Shown here: in pieces, positions 27,707-41,839 of the stretch
How positions within the stretch are numbered: the stretch's first letter is position 1
How the letters are laid out: each line of letters begins with the position of its first letter
Origin: Eledone cirrhosa
Lineage: Eukaryota
NCBI GenBank assembly: GCA_964016885.1
Contig: OZ024740.1
Location: 167,710,001-167,774,000 of the forward strand
Length of the DNA stretch: 64,000 nt
Direction of reading: 5' to 3'
Program-made: the position numbers and the translations under genes
Notes under the pieces: generated by a model
Told to the model about the DNA's origin: nothing
The model's database searches: none
The model's input: only the letters and a program-made list of their open reading frames with translations

Positions 27707-28449
27707 AGATTTGAATGGATACAGTTTAGTTGAAAGGAATTTATTGACACGTGTTTCTATAACAGTTACATAACCTAAAACAGCTATCTACAAACTTTTA
27801 GTTATGCAGACATTCAATATTTCAATGTTATTGTTTACTGTCATTTCATCAGAATAATATTACTGAGGACCTATTTAGTTTTTATAGAGAATATTAGGAG
27901 GAAGGGGTGAAGTTGTTAGAAGAATAGTTGAAGGAGTGGTTTTTCGATAGCAGTGAGAATTCTTGGTGGCAGTGATTAATTAGATTCCCCCATCTGTTGT
28001 TTTGACATTTTTTATAGAATATATTATTGGTTATTTTTCTAAATCTATAGAAGGATTAGAGATAGTAAAGATATGCGTGGTTGGTTTTGTGTTTGCACTT
28101 AACATTCAGACTTAAATTTTTCTTTCAAGTGTACGTATTCTTTCACCCACGCATTCACACACAAATATATTTGCACACCTCTACAAAATACATATACTCA
28201 CAATTCACATATTCATACTTACATATATATACACATGCATACACATATATATACACACTTGTATTCATGTACATACATACGCGCTCATGTGTATACATTT
28301 TTATACTCAACTTATCTTTATATATACACACGTATAGACACACACATATATACATACATACTCTAGTCCATGTGTACACACATACACATACATACACATC
28401 CATATACACATACATACATACACACATATATATACATACATACATATAC

Positions 28450-28494
<45 letters not shown>

Positions 28495-28511
28495 CATATA
28501 TACACACATAT

Positions 28512-28544
<33 letters not shown>

Positions 28545-28813
28545 AGCACTTTAATACATGAATACACTTACATCTAACTATACACATCAAACATATATAT
28601 ATATTTACTTATTTATATACATTTTCACATATATATACATACTTATGGACGTTTTTAGACACATTCATTATCGCATATTTGTACCTATTCTCATCAGCAT
28701 ATCTTTTCATTATTAGTATGGTAATTTAAGGTTATTAATATATGTTGAAAAGAGATTGTTTTTATATTTTTCTAACTAGATTAAGGTTTATATAGTTGGG
28801 GGATGTCCCTCTT

Positions 28814-29620
28814 TTATGTAATATTCGGCTTGTAGTGGGAAAAAAGGGTTTTAGTTCTGTGACGGCAGAATAATGTTCGTTCAATTCTGTTATTCAGCAG
28901 TTTCTTCTTGTGTGTGATTATGTAATAAATCTCAAGATTACACAATTTGCAGAAATTTTGGCTCCTGGAAAAGCTTTGGGTTTTAGCTAATTTTTCCCAT
29001 TTTAGGGTAAACTTTTGATTGCTATCCCTGAGCGTCCAAGCTTTCTCTGCTAAAGTTGTTACATTTCTTTGGCTCTGGTGTTTTATTGAGTAAGAATGCC
29101 TATACAATCGAGATTTAAACGATGTTGCCGTTGATCCCACGTAATACCACTCGTTGCCTCCGGATTTAATGGTACACTTATAAATAATATTTTTTTCTAG
29201 GCAGTTATTGCCGAGGGGGCAGTTGTCAGGATAGGTGCAGTTACAGTTGTGTACGTTGGGTTTTCTCTGGAGTAGTATTGCGGACGAACTTAGGTGTGGT
29301 TTATTTATGTTCTGTAGTGTATTGTCTACTGTTTTTTTGGGGTTCTTTGTACTTAAGTTCTTAGTGTTTTCGTTTAACCTTCTAGTATTGATCTTTTTTA
29401 TGTGTTGTTCAAGGTTTAACGCTGTAGAGTATGACAGTCTTATAGTGGTAGGGTTTAGGATTTTGTGGTATTTGTGTGATGTGGGAAAATGTCTTTTAAT
29501 TATTTTAAAGAAGAGTACTGGTAAATTTGTACTAATGGAGCTATTGTATTCGGGGTTATACCATAAGTACTCTTTGCATCGCTTTCTATTAGTTTTGTTT
29601 GTTGGTTTACTGGTGTGCAT
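28814..29620 (-). CDS. PLE C-terminal region with GIY-YIG endonuclease (5'-truncated; mirrored at ~29890-30595 +)
   Basis: IIYKCTI...YYVGST..FKSR..H motif, Cys-rich linker, C-terminal CxxC; homologous to ORF 17856-18485. Confidence 0.85.
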   Translation of the reverse strand: MHTSKPTNKTNRKRCKEYLWYNPEYNSSISTNLPVLFFKIIKRHFPTSHKYHKILNPTTIRLSYSTALNLEQHIKKINTRRLNENTKNLSTKNPKKTVDNTLQNINKPHLSSSAILLQRKPNVHNCNCTYPDNCPLGNNCLEKNIIYKCTIKSGGNEWYYVGSTATSFKSRLYRHSYSIKHQSQRNVTTLAEKAWTLRDSNQKFTLKWEKLAKTQSFSRSQNFCKLCNLEIYYIITHKKKLLNNRIERTLFCRHRTKTLFSHYKPNIT

Positions 29621-30864
29621 ACTATGGTAGTAAGTGTGGTTTGGTGTTGTGTTATTATATCTACCTATGTGGGATTTATTTTGGGTGTTTTGATTGTTCC
29701 CATCTATGTACTCTATTTTGTTGAGGTAGCCTGCTTTACTAAGGGCGTTATCGTAGTACTCGGCGTGTTCCTTAAATACTTGTATGTTAGAAGATAGACC
29801 CGAGATTCTAAGGGAAATATTTTTAGGGATAGATTTAATTATAGAGATGGGGTGGTTAGTACTCTTCTTTAAAATAATTAAAAGTGGTTAGTACTCTTCT
29901 TTAAAATAATTAAAAGACATTTTCCCACATCACACAAATACCACAAAATCCTAAACCCTACCACTATAAGACTGTCATACTCTACAGCGTTAAACCTTGA
30001 ACAACACATAAAAAAGATCAATACTAGAAGGTTAAACGAAAACACTAAGAACTTAAGTACAAAGAACCCCCAAAAAACAGTAGACAATACACTACAGAAC
30101 ATAAATAAACCACACCTAAGTTCGTCCGCAATACTACTCCAGAGAAAACCCAACGTACACAACTGTAACTGCACCTATCCTGACAACTGCCCCCTCGGCA
30201 ATAACTGCCTAGAAAAAAATATTATTTATAAGTGTACCATTAAATCCGGAGGCAACGAGTGGTATTACGTGGGATCAACGGCAACATCGTTTAAATCTCG
30301 ATTGTATAGGCATTCTTACTCAATAAAACACCAGAGCCAAAGAAATGTAACAACTTTAGCAGAGAAAGCTTGGACGCTCAGGGATAGCAATCAAAAGTTT
30401 ACCCTAAAATGGGAAAAATTAGCTAAAACCCAAAGCTTTTCCAGGAGCCAAAATTTCTGCAAATTGTGTAATCTTGAGATTTATTACATAATCACACACA
30501 AGAAGAAACTGCTGAATAACAGAATTGAACGAACATTATTCTGCCGTCACAGAACTAAAACCCTTTTTTCCCACTACAAGCCGAATATTACATAAAAGAG
30601 GGACATCCCCCAACTATATAAACCTTAATCTAGTTAGAAAAATATAAAAACAATCTCTTTTCAACATATATTAATAACCTTAAATTACCATACTAATAAT
30701 GAAAAGATATGCTGATGAGAATAGGTACAAATATGCGATAATGAATGTGTCTAAAAACGTCCATAAGTATGTATATATATGTGAAAATGTATATAAATAA
30801 GTAAATATATATATATGTTTGATGTGTATAGTTAGATGTAAGTGTATTCATGTATTAAAGTGCT

Positions 30865-30897
<33 letters not shown>

Positions 30898-30914
30898 ATA
30901 TGTGTGTATATATG

Positions 30915-30959
<45 letters not shown>

Positions 30960-31549
30960 GTATATGTATGTATGTATATATATGTGTGTATGTATGTATG
31001 TGTATATGGATGTGTATGTATGTGTATGTGTGTACACATGGACTAGAGTATGTACGTATATATGTGTGTGTCTATACGTGTGTATATATAAAGATAAGTT
31101 GAGTATAAAAATGTATACACATGAGCGCGTATGTATGTACATGAATACAAGTGTGTATATATATGTGTATGCATGTGTATATATATGTAAGTAGGAATAT
31201 GTGAATTGTGAGTATATGTATTTTGTAGAGGTGTGCAAATATATTTGTGTGTGAATGCGTGGGTGAAAGAATACGTACACTTGAAAGAAAAATTTAAGTC
31301 TGAATGTTAAGTGCAAACACAAAACCAACCACGCATATCTTTACTATCTCTAATCCTTCTATAGATTTAGAAAAATAACCAATAATATATTCTATAAAAA
31401 ATGTCAAAACAACAGATGGGAATCTAATTAATCACTGCCACCAAGAATTCTCACTGCTATCGAAAAACCACTCCTTCAACTATTCTTCTAACAACTTCAC
31501 CCCTTCCTCCTAATATTCTCTATAAAAACTAAATAGGTCCTCAGTAATA

Positions 31550-31666
31550 TTATTCTGATGAAATGACAGTAAACAATAACATTGAAATATTGAATGTCTG
31601 CATAACTAAAAGTTTGTAGATAGCTGTTTTAGGTTATGTAACTGTTATAGAAACACGTGTCAATAA
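31550..31666 (+). ncRNA. Type I hammerhead with ~90 nt branched stem II near the 3' end of PLE family C (mirror 27741-27857 -)
   Basis: TTATT-CTGATGA-aATGACAGT...GCATAACTAAAA/TTTTAGGTTATGT...ACTGTTATa-GAAA-CACGTG-TC-AATAA. Confidence 0.6.
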
Positions 31667-31813
31667 ATTCCTTTCAACTAAACTGTATCCATTCAAATCT
31701 TTCTATTTTTCTCCGGATTACTTTTGGAACTACAACTGGAACCGTCGAGCAAACTCTACGTGAGCTGATAATCTACTGTGTGTAATATTTATATTACAAC
31801 ACAACGGAAAAAA

Positions 31814-31864
<51 letters not shown>

Positions 31865-31894
31865 ATTATACATATATATATATGTATGTATGTA

Positions 31895-31944
<50 letters not shown>

Positions 31945-33290
31945 CATATATATATATATATTTATATATACATACATACATACATACATACATACATACA
32001 TACATACATACATACATACATACATACATACATACATACATACATACATACATACATACATACTGGTAAAGTAAATAAATAAAGATTCTTAAAAAACTGC
32101 AGTTGCATTTTCAATTTCATTTCCTTATATATATATATATAATTTCATTTCCTTATATATATATATATAATTTCCTTGCGTACCGTTTTGTACCACAGAT
32201 GCGATCTCACCCTGCCTCGTTAATGTCCTATCGACACCAAAGTTCAACGTTCGGACGAATAGAATTGAATCCAACCACCAACAACATAGCTGGATGACCC
32301 ATAATCACACCAAACCGGAGTACTGTGATCCTTGTGATTTCCAGATATACACCCACTGACACTGTTACGAAGACCAGAAAACCATACTCCATAATATTGA
32401 ACAAAGTGATTGATTTGTGCGACCAAAATAACACCACACACATATTGAACTAGGAATATTGGATCCTCCAGCAATGTCCGGGTGAGCAAAAATAGATTTC
32501 TATCTGCATTGGAATTTACGAACTTGTGCATCTGCTGTGGTGTCAAAAACAAACGCGCATGACCGCACAGATAAACAATGGACCACGCCACGTGGCTTGA
32601 ACCCGTAAGTGAATTGAAGGTTCTGCAACTCTGATACACAGTTTATTTATTATTAAGATGTATAAACTTGACATAACTATTATCATCTTATATTCTCTTA
32701 ACTAATCACACTTGATCATATTTCTCTATCCCGTTTTCTCCTCCCATAATTATTATATTTTTATTATTATTTGAAAAAATCGGTTTTTTTACATTGTGTT
32801 TTCCCCTCCAAATATTCGCTTATATTTCTTTATATATTCTCTATATATTTTTTTATCTTTATTATTTCCACTTTTATGCTCCTTTATATTTTACCTTATT
32901 CTTACTTTTATACCTTATTATAGTATAATCTTCCCCATGCCTTATTATACACTATTAATTATAGATTATTATTATTACTCTTTTTCCATTTCTAATTACC
33001 TCATGTACTTTCTCCTCCGCTATATATATATATATATATATTGTATGCCCTTTGTGTTTGTGTAGCCTCTGCACACCCTCTACACCATACTATCGACGCA
33101 ACCCCATCTATGGTTCAGCTAACCACCCGACTCCCGGGAATGAATATGACCGCAGCTAGTAAACAAGGACCCACACCCCACCCTCCCGCACCAAAATTAG
33201 ACTTATCGTCCCCTACTTTTGCTCTTTACTCTCTTTACTCTTTGTTCTTGAATGTTTGATTGGTAGAGTCCATAACACCAATCAAACCCC

Positions 33291-33350
33291 TTTTATAGCT
33301 CTGATGAATCCTACGGTTACGTAAGGAAGAAACATTGTAAGCCAATAAAA
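33291..33350 (+). ncRNA. Minimal type I hammerhead
   Basis: TTTTATAGCT-CTGATGA-aTCCTACG-gtta-CGTAAGGAa-GAAA-CATTG-TA-AGCCAATAAAA. Confidence 0.6.
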
Positions 33351-33399
33351 ATGTGTTGATGTTGTACACGCTCTTGTGTTCTTTTTCATATATATATAT

Positions 33400-34506
33400 A
33401 TAAGTATGTATACGTACATACATATATGTATACAGACGTACAGTAGTATGTATATCTATATACATACATGCACACATATATATATGTACGTATGGATTCA
33501 CCGAACATTTATTATAATGCTCGGTGTGTTTGTAAACAAACATCCCGAATTAAGGCGTACAGTGTCTATCAACCATCGTTGCTCTTTTGTTCAACACTGA
33601 TAAAGGAACGCTGTACTAGTTTCAAGCTTATTAGCTATCGTCAGCAACGTATACCTTCCTGCCAGATGATTGAACGTCTGAAAATATATACTTTCTTTAT
33701 GCATATTAACGGCTGAGCAGCCTAATTTGCATATCGAGTGAGTTAATCGGCCGGGCGCACCGAAAACGATAAACGGCAAAAATGAAACGAAATTTCATTT
33801 CTCACTCTTAGTACGGCTGTTACTTAAATATAAGTATGTTTGTTTACAAACACACAGAGCATTATAATAAATGTTCGGAGCATTATAATAAATGTTTGTT
33901 TACAAACACACCGAGCATTATAATAAATCCATACGTACATATATATATGTGTGCATATATGTATATATACTACTGTATGTCTGTAAACATATATGTATGT
34001 ACGTATACATACTTATATTTAAGTAACAGCCGTACTAAGTGTGAAAAATGGAATTTCGTTTCATTTTTTCCGTTTTTCGTTTTCGGTGTGCCCGGCCGAT
34101 TAACTCACTCGATATGCAAATTAGGCTGCTCAGCCGTTAATATGCATAAGGAAAGTATATACTTTCAGACGTTCAATCATCTGCCAGGAAGGTATACGTT
34201 GCTGACGATAGCTAATAAGCTTGAAACTAGTACAGGGTTCCTTTGTCAGTGTTGAACAAAAGAGCAACGATGGTTGCTAGACACTGTACAGCTTAATTCG
34301 GGATGTTTGTGTACAAACACACCGAGCATTGTAATAAATGTTCGGTGAATCCAAACGTATATATATATATGTGTGTGCATGTATGTATATATATATACAT
34401 ACTACTGTACGTCTGTATACATATATGTATGTACGTATACATACTTGTACTTAAGTAACAGCCGTACTAAGAGTGAGAAATGAAATTTCGTTTCATTTTT
34501 TCCGTT

Positions 34507-34601
<95 letters not shown>

Positions 34602-35160
34602 GTACATACATATATGTATACAGACGCACAGTAATATCTATATACATACACACATGCACACATATATATATGTACGTATGAGTTTACCGAACATTTATTA
34701 TAATGTTCGGTTTGTTTGTAAACAAACAGCCAGTTTTTTCCATTTATCGTTTTCGGTCGACTAACTCACTCGATATGCAAATTAGGCTGCTCAGCCGTTA
34801 ATATGCATACGGAAAGTATATACTTTCAAACGTTCAATCGACTGACAGGTAGGTATACGGTGCTGATGACAGCTAATAAGCTAGAAACTAGTTCATCGTT
34901 CCTTTGTCAGTGTTGAACAAAAGTGCAACGATGGTTGCCGAAAACTGTACGGCTTAATTCGTGCTCTTTGTTTACAAACAAACTGAACATTATAATAAAT
35001 GTTCGGTAAACCCATACGTACATATATATATATATGTATGTGTGTGTGCATGTGTGTATGTATATACATACTACTGTGCGTCCGTATACATATATGTATG
35101 TACTTATATATACTTATATTTAAGTATGAGCCGTACTAAGAGTGAGAAATGAAATTTCAA
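33400..35160. mobile_element. Non-coding hammerhead-bearing repeat family D in inverted and tandem arrangement (about three ~430 bp units plus partials)
   Basis: 33400-33835 is inverted relative to 34000-34505; third, diverged unit at 34735-35160. Confidence 0.85.
34197..34237 (+). ncRNA. Minimal type I hammerhead, family D (copies 33609-33649 -, 34858-34898 +)
   Basis: CGTTG-CTGACGA-T-AGCT-aata-AGCT-T-GAAA-CTAG-TA-CAG(C/G)G; the third copy has a compensatory stem I, CGGTG/CATCG. Confidence 0.8.
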
Positions 35161-35192
35161 TATTTCCATTTATATATATATATATATATATA

Positions 35193-36164
35193 TATAAATG
35201 AAAATAGAGAAATTAATGTGAGCAAGAAGCTAACAGTAATTCATAATATATAAGTGACTATAACGCGAAGATGGAAAATATTTAACCTAAGATATGGGAA
35301 AATAATTCAATCTCAATTCAAAAAAAGTCAAGACAGAAATTTTATCCACAGATGTTGTGTAATCCAGGGAAAAACCCAATAGAGTCTTAACTCAGAATAA
35401 AATTAAGGGTAAATACTTCTCCTTCAATTTGGAAAAATCTATAAATGCTCCATATAGTCTCAAAAAGACTATTTCACGAAACTTTTCAGTGGGGTTAGTC
35501 ACTATTGGAGTCGTTCATCAGTAGAGCTCAAACACGATAACCAAAATTACTGCTAAAATATGCCAGAAAGGGAATTTAAAAGCAGGCTAGTTACACCTTG
35601 TGTGGAATTAAGATAATGAACACACATGGAAAACAGAGCTAGTGACGTCCGAATGAGACGAAAGACTGTTTACAAGAAACAGCAGTCAAAACATTCCGAA
35701 AAAAACTCAACAAAAGGTATGGAGTTCAGCACAAAGCAATATTATAGCGGTTTTTTAAAAAGACCGGGATTAGTCACAAATAATTTTAAGCACTCTAGGA
35801 AAAATTCCGAGTATAAATATAAATGAAAATAGAGAAATTAATGTGAGCAAGAAGCCAACAGTAATTCATAATATATAAGTGACTATAATGTCAAGATGGA
35901 AAATATTTAACGTAAGATATGGGAAAATAATTCAATCTCAATTCAAAAAAAGTCAAGACAGAAATTTTATCCACATATTTTGTGTAATCCAGGAAAAAAA
36001 CCAATAGAGCCTTAACTCAGAATAAAACTTCAATTTGGAAAAATCTACAAATGCTCTATATAGTCTCAAAAAGACTATTTCACGAAACTTTTCAGTGGGG
36101 TTAGTCACGGTTGGAGTTGTTCATCAGTAGAGCTCAAACACGATAACCAAAAACCGCTGCTAAA
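35193..36164 (-). mobile_element. Tandem direct-repeat element (~625 bp period, 1.6 units) with hammerhead-like motif
   Basis: 35193-35557 repeats at 35818-36164; minus strand CTGATGA-ACGA...TCGT-GAAA at ~35457-35528, with a degenerate second copy at ~36063-36134; flanked by (TA)n. Confidence 0.65.
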
Positions 36165-36739
36165 GTATATATATATATTTCTTAATCGCAGTACTAGAAT
36201 TTGATTTGATTTTAGTCGATACACTCGGCGGTTAAAAGTAATCAATTCTGTTTTTCATATAATAGAAGAAGAAGAAGAAGAAGAAGAAGAAGAAGAAGAA
36301 GAAGAAGAAGAAGAAGAAGAAGAAGAAGAAGAAGAAGAAGAAGAAGAAGAAGAAGAAGAAGAAGAAGAAGAAATGTAGATAGATAGATAGGTAGATAGAA
36401 AACAGCAAAGGTACTTGATACCAATACCTCAATAATCTTTATCATATGTTTCCATGCACAATTGACAGTGTCATCGAAATCAACAATAACAAATACATTA
36501 TCATCACCCAATTTCAATTTCCACTAGCATTTCACAAATACAAATATGCGGTTTTTGTTTGAAAGCCTAATCACAGTTTTTATGCTTGTGAATGAAAAAA
36601 AAAATCAGAAAAACTATGTTACCATACAATCCGCACTCAGTTATTGCATAAATACTTTCATGTGATTTGGAATAACAGAAATATAGCAACATACTAAATC
36701 TTTACCTCCATATATTCTTTAGATTTATTCCACTATGTT

Positions 36740-37029
36740 GTGAATCCAGCGACAATGAAGTATATGAGATACATCCTAACGAAGAAACCATGTCAGCGTG
36801 AATGTCCTTGGGAGCTAAACCCTCTTCTTGCAAGTATTTGAAAGCACCGCGATGCCTAATTTTAAACATTTTCAATAGAAGTCACTACTAGTTACTTTTG
36901 AAGGCTTCTTTGAACAGTCAGATATCAATTTACCTGGAAGAAAACAATCCAATTATTAATAAGAATGTTACACCGCTCAAGCTACATTCCTTCATAGTCA
37001 GTCTATGATATTTTAAGTATGCCCTCGTA
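36740..37029 (-). mobile_element. Mariner transposon 5' remnant
   Basis: TA-CGAGGG TIR start at 37029; N-terminal MFKIRHRGAFKYLQEEGLAPKDIHADMVSSLG typical of mariner HTH. Confidence 0.7.
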
Positions 37030-37143
37030 AATGTGTATTTAGGTAAGAGTGAGTGAAGGCGCTGGTAGGGATGGGGTTGATGTGTGGTGGCGGTCTTTTT
37101 AAGGGGACATTGTATGAGTGTGTGTAAGCGAGAGAGAGAGAGG

Positions 37144-37229
<86 letters not shown>

Positions 37230-37715
37230 CATAGTAGATTGATATTAATAATTTTTAGTGACTTTCAATTTCGTGCTAACTCGATCATTCTTCCAATAGA
37301 TGTGATAGGAATGGAGGTTCTCCTAATTTTTCAGAGAAACATTGAGGGGCACGAGTGGAAGACAGAAAATTAAAAAGGGATCTCGGAGAAGAATCGACTC
37401 CAGTACAGAAATACATTATATCAGTAGTTCAAACTTCACCGGAATAATTTCACCGGGAAAACGTTTAAATATATATATATAGTAATAATTGTTTCTACTT
37501 TAGGCACAAGGCCAGCAATTACCCAGTGCATTACTAGTACTTTATATATAGTAATAATAATAGATTTGAAGACTAAAATCCAAGGAGGGCTCGAAAGAAT
37601 CGTAGAGCAAATATTTATTAGAATAACAGATTAAAGTTTAAGCAAAGAATCGCTGCTTTCATCCTTAAGGGTGAAAGCAGCGATTCTTTTGATTCAACTG
37701 TAATCTGTTATTTTA

Positions 37716-37751
<36 letters not shown>

Positions 37752-37779
37752 ACATTTCATAAATATATATATATATAAT

Positions 37780-38135
37780 ATAAAACGAAAAATCAGTGAT
37801 GCATCTGATCTCAATTTATTGTGTTACAATTGTTTCGCCGGCGGACAGCTCGAGACGCGATCATTGTTTGGATCTGTATGATTCTAGACCCGCAGGTTCG
37901 ACGGACACGTCTAATGATTTCGGAGCATATTCTCTCACTGGGGTATACGATCAGACAGATCCACACAATGATCGCGCCTTGAGCTGTCCGCCAGCGAAAC
38001 AATTGTAACACAATAAATTGAGTTCAGATGCACCACTGATTTTTCGTTTCATATTATATCATACTCTGCTCTGTAAGAGCATAGAGTGCTCAACCGGCAT
38101 ACCGCCTATGGAAGCATCTTAGCTACCATCAGACA
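37780..38135. mobile_element. Fold-back element family E (diverged relative at 57851-58260)
   Basis: Arms 37780-37885 / 37948-38058; ccttgagctg...GAAA-CAATTG-TA and tail atactctgct..gagcat..gagtgctcaa..ggcatacc are shared with the 58 kb copy. Confidence 0.8.
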
Positions 38136-38489
38136 CACACATATATATATATGAAATGTTACTATGTGTGATAAAAACCAGTTCTAATTTTAATCAATGA
38201 TACACGGAAAATAATATGTCCATGTTACTGTAGTTTTTTTCAGAGTTCAACCATTGACATTGTAAAGAGAAAGAAGAATCTGGTTTGTTTTTATTAAGAA
38301 ATTTTAAAGAAGCCTATAAAGCCGAAACGTATTTATGTTGATGAACATTTAGTTCATGAACAGTAAGCCGAAAACGAACATATTATTCAAAATGTCATTT
38401 CATTTATATATGTTTATAAATGTATGTAGATATTTAGATGTTTTACAGTGTACTCACTTTAACAACCTCACAGAAACACACACAAACAC

Positions 38490-38689
<200 letters not shown>

Positions 38690-38965
38690 AGAATAGAAAT
38701 GGCTGTGTAGTTGCTATTTAAGGTAATGGAATTGGAAAAAATGTCTTTAGATAAAAATAAGAGGTCCATTCATATATATATATACTAGCAGAAGTGCCCG
38801 GCGTTGCTCGGAGTTTAATTGCTTTAAAGCACTTTTAATGATTCCATTCAATTATGAATATTGAGGCATTGAAAATAAATACGGGTAAGTTTGAAAATAT
38901 ACAACAATAGCATCTACTCATCATATGTCAGACCGACAAGACTGCAGTGGTGCTGAATAGAGGAG

Positions 38966-40330
38966 TCACAACACCTCTATGTAGACCACATTTTTTGTTC
39001 TGTCTTTGGGCGCAAGTATGAATAAGTTCTGCTTGCATCCCACTCTTGAGCATGCGACGTATAATTGGCCGTGTGAAAAGCACGGCTGGGCTAAATGCAG
39101 GCCTGCCGTTGATAGCGTTTGGCCTTGGGACTTGTTGATTGACATTGCGAAGCAAAGTTTAACGGGGAATTGAAGTCGGCGCAGAGTACAGGGACATTCC
39201 GTACCTGATGGAATTAATGGTAATCTGCGTATGAAGGCGTTTTCTCCAGCGCCGCAGCCCGTGAGAATTGTGGCTTCAATTACATGCGGCAGGAGGTTTC
39301 TTACCACTAACCGTGTTCCGTTGCAGAGACGTGGTGGTTCCAGGTTCCTCAACAGCATGACTGGAGTCCCAACTTTGACGCGCAGTTCATGGGGTGGCAG
39401 TCCAGAGAGGTCCAAGAAATTGAGTAATTCTGTGGGAAAATCGTCAACCTCATCTTTGTCCACAACTTTATCCACAGATTTGTAGGTACGGAGGTTTCCA
39501 GAAATGCGTTGCAGAAGGTCCTCATTGATTTTTGCAACTGAGACATTTTTGGGAGCCAATATGGCTCTATCGCATAACCAACTCGTGTTTTTGTAGTTGG
39601 TCGCCATATCGGGAAAGACAGAGGCTGTGAGGTCGTCAACAGTGTCGACAACGGTGCCTACTTGCGAGACTGCCATTTCTCCAGCTGCATCTGAAGGTGC
39701 AGTGCCGTCACCAACTGTTAAGTGGTCCTTTGAGAAGTCGGCTGCTGAGGGGTCGCCGAGCAGTTGGGCTCTCATGTTTGTTGTGAGGGTCGGGATTGTC
39801 ACTTCCTGCCACAGGGGAGATGGCTTAATGCAATCCCCCACAGTGTCGGCCCTGGTGGCTTTTGGAACAACTGGAAGAGTTTGTCGAAAATCGCCAGAGA
39901 GCAGTAGAGGTACACCTCCCATCGGCCGGTTGCATTCCCTGATGTCTCGTAGGGTCCTGTCTAACGCCTCAAGGGACCCTTTATGGGCCATTGTGCATTC
40001 GTCCCACACAATTAGGTGGCATCTTTTCAAGACTTCAGCTTTGTCAGAGTCCTTGGTGATGTTGCAGGTTATTGTGTCGTCTGAAGTCGTGTTGAATGGT
40101 AGTTTAAATGTGGAATGAGCTGTCCTACCTCCGGGCAGTAGAGTTGCGGCAATGCCAGAAGAAGCCACAGCCAGGGCGATTCCTTTCTGCTGTCGCGCTT
40201 TGGCGAGGAGGAGTTTATTGACGAATGTTTTAGCAGTTCCTCCTGGGGTGTCCAAAAAGAAGATACCTCCTCTGCATTGACGAATGGAAGTGCAAACTGT
40301 GTCATACGCCCGCGGTTGGTCCTGCAACAA
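38966..40330 (-). pseudogene. Helitron PIF1-family helicase domain
   Basis: Motifs PGGTAKT (degenerate Walker A), GRTAHSTFKLP, WDECTM, GDFRQTLPV, MLLRNL..PRLCNGTRL, QFPVKLCFAMSINKSQGQT, FSHGQLYVACSRV. Confidence 0.95.
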
Positions 40331-41107
40331 TTTCGACTCGTTTTCGTTGATGAACAGTTCGAGGGCGTGGACGTCGTAGGCAGTTTCATGAATTATGCCC
40401 GTCGGAAGTTTGTCGGAGCCCGTTCGCTGAACTTTTGGCAGTCCATAGAATAGAAGGTCATTTCCGCCGGCAGTTAGGATTTTGTCCTCGATGTCAATGA
40501 GAGCTTTATTGAAGAATTCGATGAGTCGTACGATGGAATGAGGGAGTAGCAGTTGTCATTGGTGTATGTAGTCATCTGAAAGGTCCTCTTTGTATTTGTC
40601 CCATAATGATGCAGGGTCGCTTAACTCGCATGTCTGCAGTAGCACCGCAAAGAGTTGCCGAAGAGTTCGCGCTGAGCGTATTATAGCTGCCTCCGCCAAT
40701 ACGGCATCCCACTGAGCGCCATCTTCCAGTAGACCCCGTCTAAGGCAGGCTGCACAGAATGAAGTACAAAGCTCTCCATTGATTGTTTTCAGATCGTCGA
40801 AAGATGTCGAAAGATGTCGGTCCTACCACCTCATGCAGTAGAAGGCAGAGATAAAAACATTCCTGTTTGTTAGGATGAATGGTGTACACTCTCCCATTTT
40901 AATGTCTGGATGTCCCTCAACGGGTTGTCCTTTCAGCCTTCTTAACCAAATTCTGTTGTCTGTGTTCCATGTGTAGTATGATGGCACCTGAGAGTAGAAG
41001 ATGGTCTTGGCGAAGGGATCGTTTCGGCATAATTTAAAAAATGCCGTAAGTGTGGTGTCCTTGGGTTCCTCTGCTATCTCAGCAGCGGTGGAGGCGGTGA
41101 AGTAGAC

Positions 41108-41839
41108 TCATTTACCGTTTTGAAGATGCACCGCCAACTGTTTGATTGGGGGGTAGTTATGGTGTATTGCAAAGTAGAAGGATCGCCAGAACGCTTCATT
41201 GCTGCTGATGTATCGGCCGACCTGGTATCGAGTTACTTCGTCTCGGTTGTTCTCCATTGTAAGACCAAAGGACGCAGCATCGGATCCCTTATTGATATAC
41301 TTACAGACGTACTTTATCGATTTGACGGAGTGGCAGTATTCAACATTAATGTGGGCGTTAAACAATTTAAGCAGAAGTGGGAAGTAGGTTACAATCCACC
41401 GGTTGTTGACGTTGTGATGTGCTGTTTTCGCAACAATTCCTCCGTCCGCTGGCTCCCTGTGGCGGTATAATGGATAACCCTCGCCACCTGTCCGAGTTTC
41501 TCGGAGGAATGGCCTAGGATACCTCTTGGTGCACCTTCTTTCTTTAATGCATGGAGAATTCATGTTGAAACCGTTTCTGCATGGCCCATGAACCATGTGA
41601 GCAGTGACGATGTTGTGGAGTTCTCTGTCTAATTTTGGGTCGGGTATTTCTGCTGAAATGATGCTGTCAATGCTGCTTGCGTTGATTTTCGTTATCAGCC
41701 AAATGAGTAGGTGAGCGTATGGCAGGCCTCTCTTTTGCCACTCAACAGTGTATACGTGGCACCTAACAGGTCCAAAGGCCATACCTGATTTTAGGAGTTC
41801 AATAAATTTTGACAACTTCAAGTAAAAGACTCGTGCCAT
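41108..41839 (-). pseudogene. Helitron Rep (HUH endonuclease) domain
   Basis: VEWQKRGLPYAHLL (motif 2, first His appears replaced by Tyr), MVHGPC, HINVEYC, IKYVCKYINKG (motif 3). Confidence 0.92.

Noticed and set aside
30701-30730. CTGATGA after the family C ORF as a second hammerhead
   Set aside because: No nearby stem II-GAAA-UH; a complementary segment ~600 nt away lacks the GAAA core
32180-32640. Possible transposase or exon fragment (ORFs 32228-32639)
   Set aside because: No recognisable motif in any frame
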